The notes under the pieces were generated by a model. That model saw nothing but the letters and a program-made list of their open reading frames with translations, was not told where the DNA came from and did no database searches. 64,000 nucleotides of DNA from NCBI GenBank assembly GCA_036676475.1, contig JAKFCU010000028.1, positions 5,867-69,866 on the forward strand, given 5' to 3'. The position numbers and the translations under genes were made by a program. Origin of the DNA: Brevibacillus sp. GTDB taxonomy: Bacteria; Bacillota; Bacilli; Aneurinibacillales; RAOX-1. Shown piece by piece: positions 30,303 through 40,927 of this stretch (positions within the stretch are counted from its first letter, which is position 1; each line of letters opens with the position of its first letter).

Positions 30303-32213
30303 ATGTGTGGATTTGTAGCTCTTTATAATAGAAAAAAACAGCCGGTTTCAGCTCAAGACTTGAGCCAAATGACCGATATCATTATTCATCGCGGTCCGGA
30401 TGACCATGGGTTTCATCTGGATCAGCATGTGGGGCTTGGCTTTCGCCGCCTGAGCATTATTGACCTCGAAGGCGGAAAGCAGCCATTATGCAATGAAGAT
30501 GGCGATATTTGGATTGCTTTTAATGGTGAAATCTATAATTATCAAGAACTGCAGCAATGGCTAAAGGATCGTGGCCATCAATTCAAAACCGAATCGGATA
30601 CGGAGACCATCGTCCATCTGTATGAAGAAGTCGGCTTCGATGCCCCGAAGCATCTAAGAGGGATGTTTGCTTTCACGATCTGGGATCGAAAAAAACAAAT
30701 CCTCTTTGGGGCAAGAGACCATTTTGGCATTAAACCATTTTATTGGACCGAAACATCCGAGGCCTACGCCTTTGGCTCCGAGATCAAAAGCCTGCTTCGT
30801 GCAACAGGCGTAAAGAAAAAGGTCAATCCAACCTCTTTCTATCACTACTTAACCTTTCAATATGTTCCTGATCCGGAAACGATGTTCGAGGGGATTCATA
30901 AGCTGCCTCCCGGACATTTTATGGTGATCCAGGATGGAAAGATGAAAATTGAACCTTACTGGACGGTAGAATTCCATCCCGAAGACCAACCCTTTTCCTA
31001 TTATGTAGAAGGAACTCGAGAGATCCTGAAGGATTCGGTCAACAAGCACCGGGTCAGCGATGTTCCAAGAGGGGCTTTTCTTTCAAGCGGAATTGACTCT
31101 AGCAGTATAGTCGCCTTATTGCGCCAATCCGAAGAAGTCAAAACGTTCACGGTAGGATTTGATATTCCAGGTTACAGCGAATTGGATATTGCACGAGAAA
31201 CAGCCAAATATTTAGGATCCGATCATCATGAAGTGAAAATATCTGCTGACCGTTATCTGGAGGAACTGCCTCGATTGATTTGGCATCAGGATGAACCCGT
31301 TGCCGACCCTTCTGCCATTGCTCTCTATTTCGTTGCTGAGTTAGCTAGCAAGCATGTCACGGTGGTCCTGTCCGGGGAAGGGGCAGATGAATTTTTTGGC
31401 GGTTACAATATCTATCGGGAGCCTCACTCCCTTCGTTATTTCAATGGAATGCCCGGAATCCTAAAATCTTCATTGCGTCATTTTGCTGATCTTCTCCCTG
31501 AAGGAACCAAGGGTAAAAGCTTTCTCGTTAGGGGTTCAAAGAGGGTGGAGGAACGATTCTTTGGCAATGCCCTGATCTTTTCGGAAGAGCTAAAAGAAAA
31601 GGTAGCAATGAAAAGCCTGGCATCGGATCCTTACTATGTAAATGCCCGATCCATTACAGCCGAAATCTATAAGAATGCCCGCCATTATGATGATGTGACG
31701 AAAATGCAGTATCTCGATATCCACACTTGGCTGCGTGGGAATATCTTAATGAAAGCCGATAAAATGACCATGGCGAACTCCCTCGAACTGCGCGTTCCTT
31801 TTGTTGATCCCAAGGTGTTTGAGTTTGCGGCTACCATTCCAACCCAATATAAGATTGCCAACGGGACCACCAAGCATGTCTTGCGGGAAGCGATGAAAGA
31901 CATCCTGCCTCCGCAAATCAAAATGAGGAAAAAGCTAGGTTTCCCTGTTCCTACCCGCCATTGGCTAAAGCACGACTTCTATGATTGGGCAAAGGAGCTC
32001 ATCTACCAGTCTGAGGTGGATGAATTTATTAATAAGGCGTTTGTTCTCTTTATGCTTGATGAACATAAGGAAGGAAAAGCAGACTACGGTCGCAAAATTT
32101 GGACCATTCTTGTATTCATGCTTTGGCATCAAATCTACATGGAAGAGAAAATTTCCTTTGGCCCATACGTAAGCCCCTACCTCGAAACGAGGCGAAAGAG
32201 CTCTGCCATTTAA
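30303..32213 (+). CDS. asnB: Asparagine synthase (glutamine-hydrolysing)
   Basis: Starts MCGF (Cys2 nucleophile) at 30303. LSSGIDSS PP-loop. Confidence 0.9.
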   Translation: MCGFVALYNRKKQPVSAQDLSQMTDIIIHRGPDDHGFHLDQHVGLGFRRLSIIDLEGGKQPLCNEDGDIWIAFNGEIYNYQELQQWLKDRGHQFKTESDTETIVHLYEEVGFDAPKHLRGMFAFTIWDRKKQILFGARDHFGIKPFYWTETSEAYAFGSEIKSLLRATGVKKKVNPTSFYHYLTFQYVPDPETMFEGIHKLPPGHFMVIQDGKMKIEPYWTVEFHPEDQPFSYYVEGTREILKDSVNKHRVSDVPRGAFLSSGIDSSSIVALLRQSEEVKTFTVGFDIPGYSELDIARETAKYLGSDHHEVKISADRYLEELPRLIWHQDEPVADPSAIALYFVAELASKHVTVVLSGEGADEFFGGYNIYREPHSLRYFNGMPGILKSSLRHFADLLPEGTKGKSFLVRGSKRVEERFFGNALIFSEELKEKVAMKSLASDPYYVNARSITAEIYKNARHYDDVTKMQYLDIHTWLRGNILMKADKMTMANSLELRVPFVDPKVFEFAATIPTQYKIANGTTKHVLREAMKDILPPQIKMRKKLGFPVPTRHWLKHDFYDWAKELIYQSEVDEFINKAFVLFMLDEHKEGKADYGRKIWTILVFMLWHQIYMEEKISFGPYVSPYLETRRKSSAI

Positions 32214-32253
32214 ATGGCAAAAGATAATACCCGACCAATGGGTGTAAGACATG

Positions 32254-32290
32254 AAAGAAGATCCCCGTTTTTGGAGATCTTCTTTTTATT
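32254..32290. terminator. Bidirectional terminator between asnB and the saccharopine-DH-like gene
   Basis: AAAGAAGATC-N12-GATCTTCTTT followed by TTATTTT. Confidence 0.7.
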
Positions 32291-32336
32291 TTATCTATTA
32301 TCAATCAAATTCACATTTGAGGATTTGCTGTTGTTA

Positions 32337-33548
32337 TTATGCTGAACTTCTGGTCAGAATCGGACCTGTTTTTTCGATTATTTGCCACTCCATTCCCATC
32401 GTCTTAACCGTCTGCAGAAACGGTATCGGATCAATTAATTCCGGCGGAATGCACCCGGACAGACCCTTAAGAGTCCCGATAGCCAACAGCTCTAATGCCG
32501 CAACCGGAGGAACCCCTGTCTGCCAAACGGTTGCCTGGAAACCTGTTCTTCGAAAGATTTCATCGTGATTTGCTATCGTGTAAACATATATTTCTTTCTT
32601 TCGCTCTCCTGCTGTCCCTCTAACCAGGGCCCCAACGCATGAATAGCCATGAATTTTGCCAGCCAGATCTGAAGGTTTTGGCATCGTTCGAACTACCACA
32701 TCCCGAGGAATCACCTTTGCCCCGTTTACATCAAATACTTCGTCGCTATCTAAGCCAAGATAGGCAAGCACTTGCAATGTATTCACAAAATCCGGGTGCA
32801 AAGCATATTTAAAATCAATGTATTTACATCCCTTTTGTTTCCCGATAGTCTCTCCTAAAGTCGTTACTTCTTCATGCTCAACATTATAGCAATCCAGCCA
32901 ACCAATCGGTTCCGGAAATTCAAATTCTTCTTTATTAAAGAAAGGATCAGGGAAAAACAGCTCTCCTTCTTCTGCTGTCCAATAATTAGGTTTAGCTAAG
33001 CATTCTTTAATCGCTGTTTGTGGACTAAAGTAGGCACAGAAGCCATCGTAGTCAACGACTGAATTGTCCCCATCCCGAACCATTATGGCCTCTACCGTAT
33101 CAAGCTGATCCACCGCATAGCGAGCCGCAATATTAGAAAAACCCGGATCACAGCCAATCCCCATGATCCCAATGATTCCTTTCTCTTTAAAAAGTCGATC
33201 CCAAGCTAACTGCTCCAAAAGCCATTTCGGTCCATTCGACGCCATATCAATATAATGGGTTCTGCTTTCAAGACATGCCTTCATCACCTGGATATTATAG
33301 TCAGGCAGACCAGCATGAATCAACACATCAGCTCCTAATGCTACCTCGATTACATCCTCTACATAATTGGCATTTACTTTTTTAACTTTTATGGATGTTT
33401 CTGACTTTGAACGCAACTTTGCCGCAAATTTTTCCGCACAATCGCTGGATATATCCGCTAAAATTAATTGTTCAATATAAGGCTTTTTTACAAGTTCAGC
33501 TGCACACACTTGACCTACTCCGCCAACGCCGAGAACTACCACTCTCAA
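32337..33548 (-). CDS. Saccharopine dehydrogenase family NAD(P)-binding protein
   Basis: VVVLGVGGVGQV Rossmann N-terminus and family-typical length. Likely TTG start at 33548, 9 nt after AAGGAGG. Confidence 0.7.
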   Translation of the reverse strand: MRVVVLGVGGVGQVCAAELVKKPYIEQLILADISSDCAEKFAAKLRSKSETSIKVKKVNANYVEDVIEVALGADVLIHAGLPDYNIQVMKACLESRTHYIDMASNGPKWLLEQLAWDRLFKEKGIIGIMGIGCDPGFSNIAARYAVDQLDTVEAIMVRDGDNSVVDYDGFCAYFSPQTAIKECLAKPNYWTAEEGELFFPDPFFNKEEFEFPEPIGWLDCYNVEHEEVTTLGETIGKQKGCKYIDFKYALHPDFVNTLQVLAYLGLDSDEVFDVNGAKVIPRDVVVRTMPKPSDLAGKIHGYSCVGALVRGTAGERKKEIYVYTIANHDEIFRRTGFQATVWQTGVPPVAALELLAIGTLKGLSGCIPPELIDPIPFLQTVKTMGMEWQIIEKTGPILTRSSA

Positions 33549-33807
33549 ACAAGTCGTCCTCCTTAGAGATGATAAAATCCTGCACATCTATATGCGTTTT
33601 CTGAACAGCCAACGGTTTACATTCATCGCAATAGGTTTCGTCGAAATCGCCCCCCTTCTTTCACCGGGTAAAAACCCAGATCTATGTTTTATACTATATG
33701 CTTTATCTTCAGGAAATAGCTCTGGGTGGTTTCCTCAAGACAAAAGAGGTAGTTTTCGGCCACCTCTTTCTTTATTAATAGGGTTATAAAACTTTGGTCA
33801 ATTCTTC

Positions 33808-35100
<1,293 letters not shown>

Positions 35101-35217
35101 TCATTCCTCCCATATCTTTACCAAAAAAACAAAGTTGCTTGAACTATCTGTATATTAAGTAGATGATAACGTTTTCTAATCCGATCTGTCAACTGTGACC
35201 TCGATGCCTCCCAAAGC

Positions 35218-35892
35218 TTAATCTAGAGAAATGAGATCCTTCATCCGTCCAAATAATTTTTCCCCAATCCCACTCACTTCCATGATTTCTTCCTTGCTGA
35301 GAAAAGGTCCATTCTTTTCCCGATAGGATAAGATGGCCGAAGCCTTAGCCTCCCCTATGCCCGGCAGAGAAGTTAGCTCTTCTGCCGTCGCTTTATTTAT
35401 CGATATAGTTATTGTATCCTGCCCAGAATCTTTCCTTTCCTTCTGTTGCGTGATAGATTGCTTCCACGCCTCTTCATCCCATTCGTCCTTCCGGGGGATA
35501 TAAATCACTTCTCCATCCTGTATAGATTGTGCTAAATTAACCGCTCTTCTTTCGGCAACAGGAAGTAGTCCGCCCGCCAACAGAACCGCTTCATGCATGC
35601 GGGAACCGGGTGCCAACTGATACACACCAGGTCGCTGTACAGCCCCTTGAAGGTCAATCCAGATCGCCTCCATTTCTTTGGTTTCTTCCTGCGTCTTGAT
35701 ATCACTAGAGATCCCCTCTTCTTCCTGTTGCACAGAATCATCATCAGGAGGGAGAATCAATGCTTGCTCATCGTTCATACGAGAATAAATAATCATACTG
35801 CCTAAACATACCAAAACAATAGCTAATAATATGGCAAGTTTTTTCTCCCTCGGTGTCCAGCCAAAATTCATAGCAATCTCCTTTCCATTCAA
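35218..35892 (-). CDS. comEA: Competence protein ComEA (DNA receptor, helix-hairpin-helix)
   Basis: N-terminal TM, SLBB-like middle region and C-terminal HhH pairs (LTSLPGIGEAKASAIL, VSGIGEKLF). Confidence 0.85.
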   Translation of the reverse strand: MNGKEIAMNFGWTPREKKLAILLAIVLVCLGSMIIYSRMNDEQALILPPDDDSVQQEEEGISSDIKTQEETKEMEAIWIDLQGAVQRPGVYQLAPGSRMHEAVLLAGGLLPVAERRAVNLAQSIQDGEVIYIPRKDEWDEEAWKQSITQQKERKDSGQDTITISINKATAEELTSLPGIGEAKASAILSYREKNGPFLSKEEIMEVSGIGEKLFGRMKDLISLD

Positions 35893-35974
35893 AGTGAGAT
35901 AAGCTTGTCATCTTCTTGGGGTTTCTTTATAATCGAATAAATGTCAAAAGTATGAAACAGTGGGGGTCTAATCA

Positions 35975-36229
35975 ATGAGTGTGCATCATGAGATATCTAA
36001 GAAAGTAAATCATACGGTAGGAAAACTCGAAGGGTATCGGAACATGGATCAATTGCGGGAAAATGAGATCGAACAAGTCATCATGAAGGCAAAAAAAGGG
36101 GAGCACTTCACGGTGGATGGAATCAATCAAATTACGGACAACATCAATCGATATGCGCTTAAGCATCATCTCCCTTCTCGAAAACTAGTGACAGAGCAAA
36201 TGATTCTTGATGTGGTAAGAAAAGTATAG
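35975..36229 (+). CDS. Hypothetical protein (84 aa)
   Basis: ORF with a GGGGG-rich RBS region upstream. No recognisable motif. Confidence 0.4.
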   Translation: MSVHHEISKKVNHTVGKLEGYRNMDQLRENEIEQVIMKAKKGEHFTVDGINQITDNINRYALKHHLPSRKLVTEQMILDVVRKV

Positions 36230-36344
36230 ATGATTACTATCGTTCCTTCAACCAGGATTTCTTGTTTTCTTAGAATTTAACGTATGGAATCCGGTTGTAA
36301 TACATAGACATAGTTATAATCAGATTGCCGGGAGGAGTCAAATC

Positions 36345-37175
36345 ATGCGTGTGGGCTTTATTGGCACAGGGAGTATGGGGACGATTCTACTCGAAGCATT
36401 CATCGCTTCAGCAGCCCTATCCCCTAATCAAATTACAGCAAGCAATCGTTCACGGGAAAAAGTACAGAAACTAGAGCGAAGTTATCCTGGATTAAAAGTC
36501 GCGGAAAACAATATGGAGACGGTCACAGAAAGCGATCTTGTATTTTTTTGCATCAAACCCCTAGAATTTAAAAAGGTTTTTGATGAAGTGGCACCTTACC
36601 TAAGAGAGGATCAATTGGTTATCTCCATTACGAGCCCTATTCTTATAGATGATTTAGAAAAACAAGCCACCTGTAAAATAGCCAAGGTCATCCCAAGCAT
36701 CACCAATTCCGTCGGTGCAGGGGCATCCTTAATGATGTTTGGATCTCGTTGTCAAGAAGAGGACCGCAGCTTATTGCGTGACCTTTTCGGGAAAATAAGT
36801 CGACCGCTCGAGATTCAAGAATCCCATGTAAGGGTATCGTCCGACATTGTTAGCTGTGGACCAGCCTTCATGAGCTATCTTCTGCAGCGCTTTATTACCG
36901 CGGCCGTAGAGGAAACTGGAATAAGCAAAGAGGAAGCCACCTTTCTAACCTCTCAAATGATTGTTGGATTAGGGGAATTAATTTCAAAAGGCGCTTTCGA
37001 CCTTCCCACCCTGCAACAACGTGTTTGCGTTCCAGGCGGGGTAACCGGAGCAGGCTTAATGGCTCTAGAAGATATCGGTGAAGTATTTAACCGGGTTTTT
37101 CAAAATACGCATAGGAAATATCGTGAAGACTTAAAAGAGGTTTCCCACATGTTTTATGGAGACCAACCCAGCTAA
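36345..37175 (+). CDS. comER: Late competence protein ComER (pyrroline-5-carboxylate reductase-like)
   Basis: VGFIGTGSMG Rossmann motif. Divergent from comEA, as in B. subtilis. RBS GGGAGGAG. Confidence 0.8.
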   Translation: MRVGFIGTGSMGTILLEAFIASAALSPNQITASNRSREKVQKLERSYPGLKVAENNMETVTESDLVFFCIKPLEFKKVFDEVAPYLREDQLVISITSPILIDDLEKQATCKIAKVIPSITNSVGAGASLMMFGSRCQEEDRSLLRDLFGKISRPLEIQESHVRVSSDIVSCGPAFMSYLLQRFITAAVEETGISKEEATFLTSQMIVGLGELISKGAFDLPTLQQRVCVPGGVTGAGLMALEDIGEVFNRVFQNTHRKYREDLKEVSHMFYGDQPS

Positions 37176-37249
37176 GCGGCCGCCGTATCCCTCAAGGGAT
37201 GCGGCTTATTTTATTTAGACATACTAAAACAAAAAGGAGATGAGTAAAC

Positions 37250-37471
37250 TTGATTCAGTTACAGCTTAATCATGAAGCGTTGTACTCCATGTTTTTTGAT
37301 GATATCAAAGGTGGTAAAGCCTCATTCATCCAGCATGGTGATGCCCTGGTTGGCAATCTTTCACAAGAAGAATTTGACGGTTTTCTCAAGGCCAATAATT
37401 TAATCACTTATCACAATACCCTCAAGGGCTATGAAGACGGAACGGTATATGGGGAGTTTGAATTAAAATAA
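37250..37471 (+). CDS. Hypothetical protein (73 aa, TTG start)
   Basis: RBS AAAGGAG precedes the TTG. No recognisable motif. Confidence 0.4.
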   Translation: MIQLQLNHEALYSMFFDDIKGGKASFIQHGDALVGNLSQEEFDGFLKANNLITYHNTLKGYEDGTVYGEFELK

Positions 37472-37545
37472 ATAAGCGGGAAATTCCGCATATTGCCTTA
37501 TTGCCCTCCATCCTTAGCTGAATACACTATAGCAGGTGATTGCCA

Positions 37546-38079
37546 ATGTCCCTGCTATTTCAAATTTCGCATAAGGATGAATATGCCATCCACCACATGG
37601 CAGTGAAGATCAAGGAAAGAATTGAAAATCATTCCTCCTACTCCAACCTCATCGTCTTTTGTATTGGAACAGACCGATGTACTGGTGATTCCCTTGGTCC
37701 GTTAGTAGGGATGTTGCTTCAGCAAGCAAATCCGCCTTCTCTGCAGATATGGGGAACCCTCGAGAATCCCATACATGCTCTAAATCTAAAAGGAGCGATT
37801 CAAAAACTTAGCTATACCCATCATCCGCTTGTTATTTCTGTAGATGCCTGCCTAGGTCTTCCCTACCACGTTGGGGATATTCAAGTGGTGGATGGTCCCA
37901 TACATCCAGGAATGGGCGTAAAAAAAATTTTGCCTTCGGTCGGTGATTTTCACATTAAAGGAATTGTAAACGCTAGTGGCTTTTTAGATTCCATGGTATT
38001 GCAGAATACCCGGTTATATACGGTAATGAAAATGGCAGAAGTCATTGCCCAGTCCATCCTTTTAGCGTGTATAAAATAA
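37546..38079 (+). CDS. yyaC: Putative sporulation protein YyaC (DUF1256 protease-like)
   Basis: CIGTDRCTGDSLGPLVG motif. ATG 37546 lies 6 nt after AGGTGA. Confidence 0.75.
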   Translation: MSLLFQISHKDEYAIHHMAVKIKERIENHSSYSNLIVFCIGTDRCTGDSLGPLVGMLLQQANPPSLQIWGTLENPIHALNLKGAIQKLSYTHHPLVISVDACLGLPYHVGDIQVVDGPIHPGMGVKKILPSVGDFHIKGIVNASGFLDSMVLQNTRLYTVMKMAEVIAQSILLACIK

Positions 38080-38125
38080 AAGATAGCTTCTCGTTGGTAG
38101 AGGCTATCTTTTATTCTTAACACCA

Positions 38126-38881
38126 CTATTTTGTACAGGAAAAAAACCATCTTTCACTTGTTTTCCCAGGGGGCAGCAGCTCAAAATCCGCATAACAATG
38201 AATATCTTGAAAACCGCTTTGCTTGAGCCATTTCGAGAGATCTTCCAAAGCATATCCCCGTTGTACATGAAGTTCATCAAAGCGACGATAAAAATGCCCT
38301 TCCTGAACAAATATGGTTAAATCATGGATGACACTATCTTCCCCATCACACTCACATTCCCATATATAAGAGATTTCGTCCTCGGTTAAGGTAAAGGTAT
38401 GATCACCAAATACTTCCCTTATCTTATATAGAGAATGGACGTCAAAAAGAAATACCCCACCTGGTCTTAAAGCACGGTAGACTTGGTCAAAAGTTTGTCT
38501 TATACCTGCCGAACTGGTGATGTAATTTAAGGAATCACAAAAACAGACAATAGAATCCACTGGTACAGGAGACGTAAACTCTCTCATATCCTGTTGGTAT
38601 AATTCCAATTTCAATCCTTTTTCTTGTGCCTTGTCCTGCGTAACGCAAAGCATTTCATCCGATAAATCCATTCCCGTCACTTCGTATCCAGCCTGTGTTA
38701 ATAGAATGCAAATCGTTCCGGTTCCACAGGCCAAATCGATGACTTTTTGAGGTTGAAGACCACATCGCTCCCACTCCGTTTGGGCAAAATGAATCCATTG
38801 GTCATAGGGAGCATCGGCCATTAACCGATCGTATACCTGGGCCAGATGTGTATAACTAGTGGACTTGTACGACACCTGCAT
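38126..38881 (-). CDS. Class I SAM-dependent methyltransferase (YqeM-like)
   Basis: DLACGTG SAM motif and position downstream of rsfS. Start is ATG 38881 or GTG 38875. The long N-terminal extension in the ORF track is unlikely. Confidence 0.8.
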   Translation of the reverse strand: MQVSYKSTSYTHLAQVYDRLMADAPYDQWIHFAQTEWERCGLQPQKVIDLACGTGTICILLTQAGYEVTGMDLSDEMLCVTQDKAQEKGLKLELYQQDMREFTSPVPVDSIVCFCDSLNYITSSAGIRQTFDQVYRALRPGGVFLFDVHSLYKIREVFGDHTFTLTEDEISYIWECECDGEDSVIHDLTIFVQEGHFYRRFDELHVQRGYALEDLSKWLKQSGFQDIHCYADFELLPPGKTSERWFFSCTK

Positions 38882-39197
38882 CTCCCCATATTCGTTCGAT
38901 ATTATAAAATTCCCGTTCGTCTTTATGAAAAATATGGACAACCACGTCTCCAAGGTCCACCAGCACCCATCGGGCATTATCAAAGCCCTCCACGCCTTTT
39001 ACATCTACTCCTGCTTCATGCATCCTTTTCTTCAGCTCAGAAGCCAATGCCTGGACCTGTGTACCTGAATTTCCATGACAAATGACAAAATAATCGGCAA
39101 TGACAGAGAGACCCTGGATATCCAAAACAAGGACATTGCCAGCCTTTTTATCTTCCATGATTTTCGCTGTCTTTTGCGCAATCTCAAATACAGTCAT
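38856..39197 (-). CDS. rsfS: Ribosome silencing factor RsfS
   Basis: RsfS/YbeB family (LVLDIQGLSVIADYFVICHG). ATG 39197 has RBS AAGGGAGTG. Confidence 0.9.
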   Translation of the reverse strand: MTVFEIAQKTAKIMEDKKAGNVLVLDIQGLSVIADYFVICHGNSGTQVQALASELKKRMHEAGVDVKGVEGFDNARWVLVDLGDVVVHIFHKDEREFYNIERIWGDAGVVQVH

Positions 39198-39335
39198 TCT
39201 CTTCACTCCCTTCTTTAGCGAACGGATTAACGTTCCTTTTCTCTTCTCCATTTCTTAAAGAAAACTTGGCTGGCGCCAAGCCTTGGCGCAGACAACGTCA
39301 TTAACCTCCATATGGTCAATGATGTTACGCGGCAT

Positions 39336-39428
39336 GTCCCCCCTCTTGACATCAAGGTTACACCTTCATTTTGATAAAATTACATTTTATCAAAATGAAC
39401 CCAAAGGGTTGATGTCAAGAGGGGGGAC
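39336..39428. repeat. 93-nt nested perfect palindrome (20-bp outer stem, 9x9 internal loop, 16-bp inner stem, 3-nt loop)
   Basis: GTCCCCCCTCTTGACATCAA (39336-39355) pairs with TTGATGTCAAGAGGGGGGAC (39409-39428). TTCATTTTGATAAAAT (39365-39380) pairs with ATTTTATCAAAATGAA (39384-39399). Confidence 0.9.
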
Positions 39429-39465
39429 TATTTGCCCTTATGCAGCGAAGGAAAGTGAAAAAAAC

Positions 39466-40044
39466 TTATACTTTCCTAGTCGCCAAGCTGTAAATGATAT
39501 CATTATAGGTTTGCAATGTAAGGGGATAAATTCTTTTCTTCTGTTTCACAAGAAAGGAAATCGTATTGCCCAGTGCCTGAGCTAATGCAAAGTCAAGATG
39601 CTGTTCAGCCAATTCTCTGATTTCTTCCACTCCGGGAAATTGGCGGCCTGGCTCAATATAATCGGCTAACCACAATATTTTTTCCAACCTGCTCATTCCA
39701 GGTCGTCCTGAAGTATGGTAAGCGATAGCATCCAAGACCTCTTGATCCTCGATTCCCAACTCTTGTCTAGCAACAATAGCCCCTACGGGGGCATGCCATA
39801 ATTCTTTATCATAATCAAGTAAATCAGCAGGGATAGATGGTTCCCTTTCCATTATCCCTCTCATCTTGCTTTTCTCCCAATATTTGCAAAAATCATGAAG
39901 CAGACCTGCTAACTCTGCCTTTTGGGGATCGGCCCCAAATCGTTCAGCTAAAGTAACTGCCGTGGAGGCTACACCTAGGGTATGTAGAAACCGATGATCG
40001 GTCATTTGCTCTTTCACTTTGCTTAACAGCTCTTCACGATTCAT
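39466..40044 (-). CDS. yqeK: HD-domain bis(5'-nucleosyl)-tetraphosphatase YqeK
   Basis: 192 aa with HD-domain residues (HTLGV, LLHDFCK). Overlaps the nadD 3' end. Confidence 0.85.
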   Translation of the reverse strand: MNREELLSKVKEQMTDHRFLHTLGVASTAVTLAERFGADPQKAELAGLLHDFCKYWEKSKMRGIMEREPSIPADLLDYDKELWHAPVGAIVARQELGIEDQEVLDAIAYHTSGRPGMSRLEKILWLADYIEPGRQFPGVEEIRELAEQHLDFALAQALGNTISFLVKQKKRIYPLTLQTYNDIIYSLATRKV

Positions 40045-40609
40045 ACAACCTTTTCTCCTCTATGTATAGTCTAACCTCTTCTCTTACCATAAAACGAATG
40101 GAGTTTCCGCGATTGATTCGTTCCCGAATCATCGTAGAAGAGATATCTACTTGGGGAAATGCCATATTTTTTACATACTCCCGCGAAAAAAAATGATCCG
40201 GTTCATAACCGGGACGGTGAACGCCAATAAACTGGATTAACTTTACCAGGTCCTTTATTTGATGCCAATGAGGAAGATAATCGACCATATCTCCGCCAAT
40301 AATGAAAAAGAATTGGTCTTCAGGAAACTGTTCCTTCAATGCCCGAACAGTATCAATCGTATAGGATGGTCCTGCCCGATCCAGTTCAAAGGAACTGGCT
40401 ATAAAATAAGGAATCTCCCCGATAGCTAGCCTTACCATTTGAAGACGGTGAGAGGAATCGGTAACCTTCTTTCCTTCCTTATGCGGAGGAACATGGGCCG
40501 GCATAAACCAAATTTGGTCCAACTGAAATGTATCCCTCACCTGCTCAGCAATGATCATATGAACGATGTGGATGGGATCAAAGGTTCCGCCTAAAATTCC
40601 AATTTTCAT
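40034..40609 (-). CDS. nadD: Nicotinate-nucleotide adenylyltransferase
   Basis: GILGGTFDPIH and ISSTMIRE motifs. Confidence 0.9.
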   Translation of the reverse strand: MKIGILGGTFDPIHIVHMIIAEQVRDTFQLDQIWFMPAHVPPHKEGKKVTDSSHRLQMVRLAIGEIPYFIASSFELDRAGPSYTIDTVRALKEQFPEDQFFFIIGGDMVDYLPHWHQIKDLVKLIQFIGVHRPGYEPDHFFSREYVKNMAFPQVDISSTMIRERINRGNSIRFMVREEVRLYIEEKRLYES

Positions 40610-40612
40610 GGC

Positions 40613-40906
40613 TTATCTGGGAAGCTCAATCTTCTTTTGCTCTTTTGATTCCTTATATAAGACAACCGTTCTTCCAATCAATTGCACCAATTCCGCATCG
40701 GATCCTTCAGCAAGCTTTTCAGCCACATCATGCTTATCCTCACTGCACGTATCAAGCATGGAAACCTTGATTAATTCCCTAACTTCCAACGCTTCTTCGA
40801 TCTGTTTAATCAAATTCTCGTTCACGCCGCCTTTTCCAACCTGAAAAATGGGGGTAAGGTGGTGGGCTTCCGATCTTAAAAATCGTTTTTGTTTTCCCGT
40901 AAGCAT
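40613..40906 (-). CDS. yhbY: RNA-binding CRM-domain protein YhbY (YqeI)
   Basis: 97 aa (LTGKQKRFLRSEAHHLTPIFQVGKGG). Confidence 0.85.
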   Translation of the reverse strand: MLTGKQKRFLRSEAHHLTPIFQVGKGGVNENLIKQIEEALEVRELIKVSMLDTCSEDKHDVAEKLAEGSDAELVQLIGRTVVLYKESKEQKKIELPR

Positions 40907-40927
40907 TTCGTTTGCTCCCTTCTCCGT

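Noticed and set aside
33588-33807. Looked for a lysine (L-box) or other riboswitch in the 220-nt leader of the saccharopine-DH-like gene.
   Set aside because: I could not find the conserved L-box core sequences by eye. The region does contain the metY terminator (AAAGAGGTGG...CTACCTCTTT plus a T-run). It needs an Rfam scan before any claim.
39336-39428. TTGACA boxes on both strands of the palindrome as divergent promoters with TGATAAAAT as an extended -10.
   Set aside because: The spacing from TTGACA to TAAAAT is 23 nt on either strand, too long for a sigma-A promoter. I kept it only as a structural finding.
39283-39585. 100-aa plus-strand ORF in the yqeK-rsfS spacer.
   Set aside because: It reads straight through the 93-nt palindrome and into the antisense strand of yqeK. 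It has no RBS, and its composition simply reflects the repeat.
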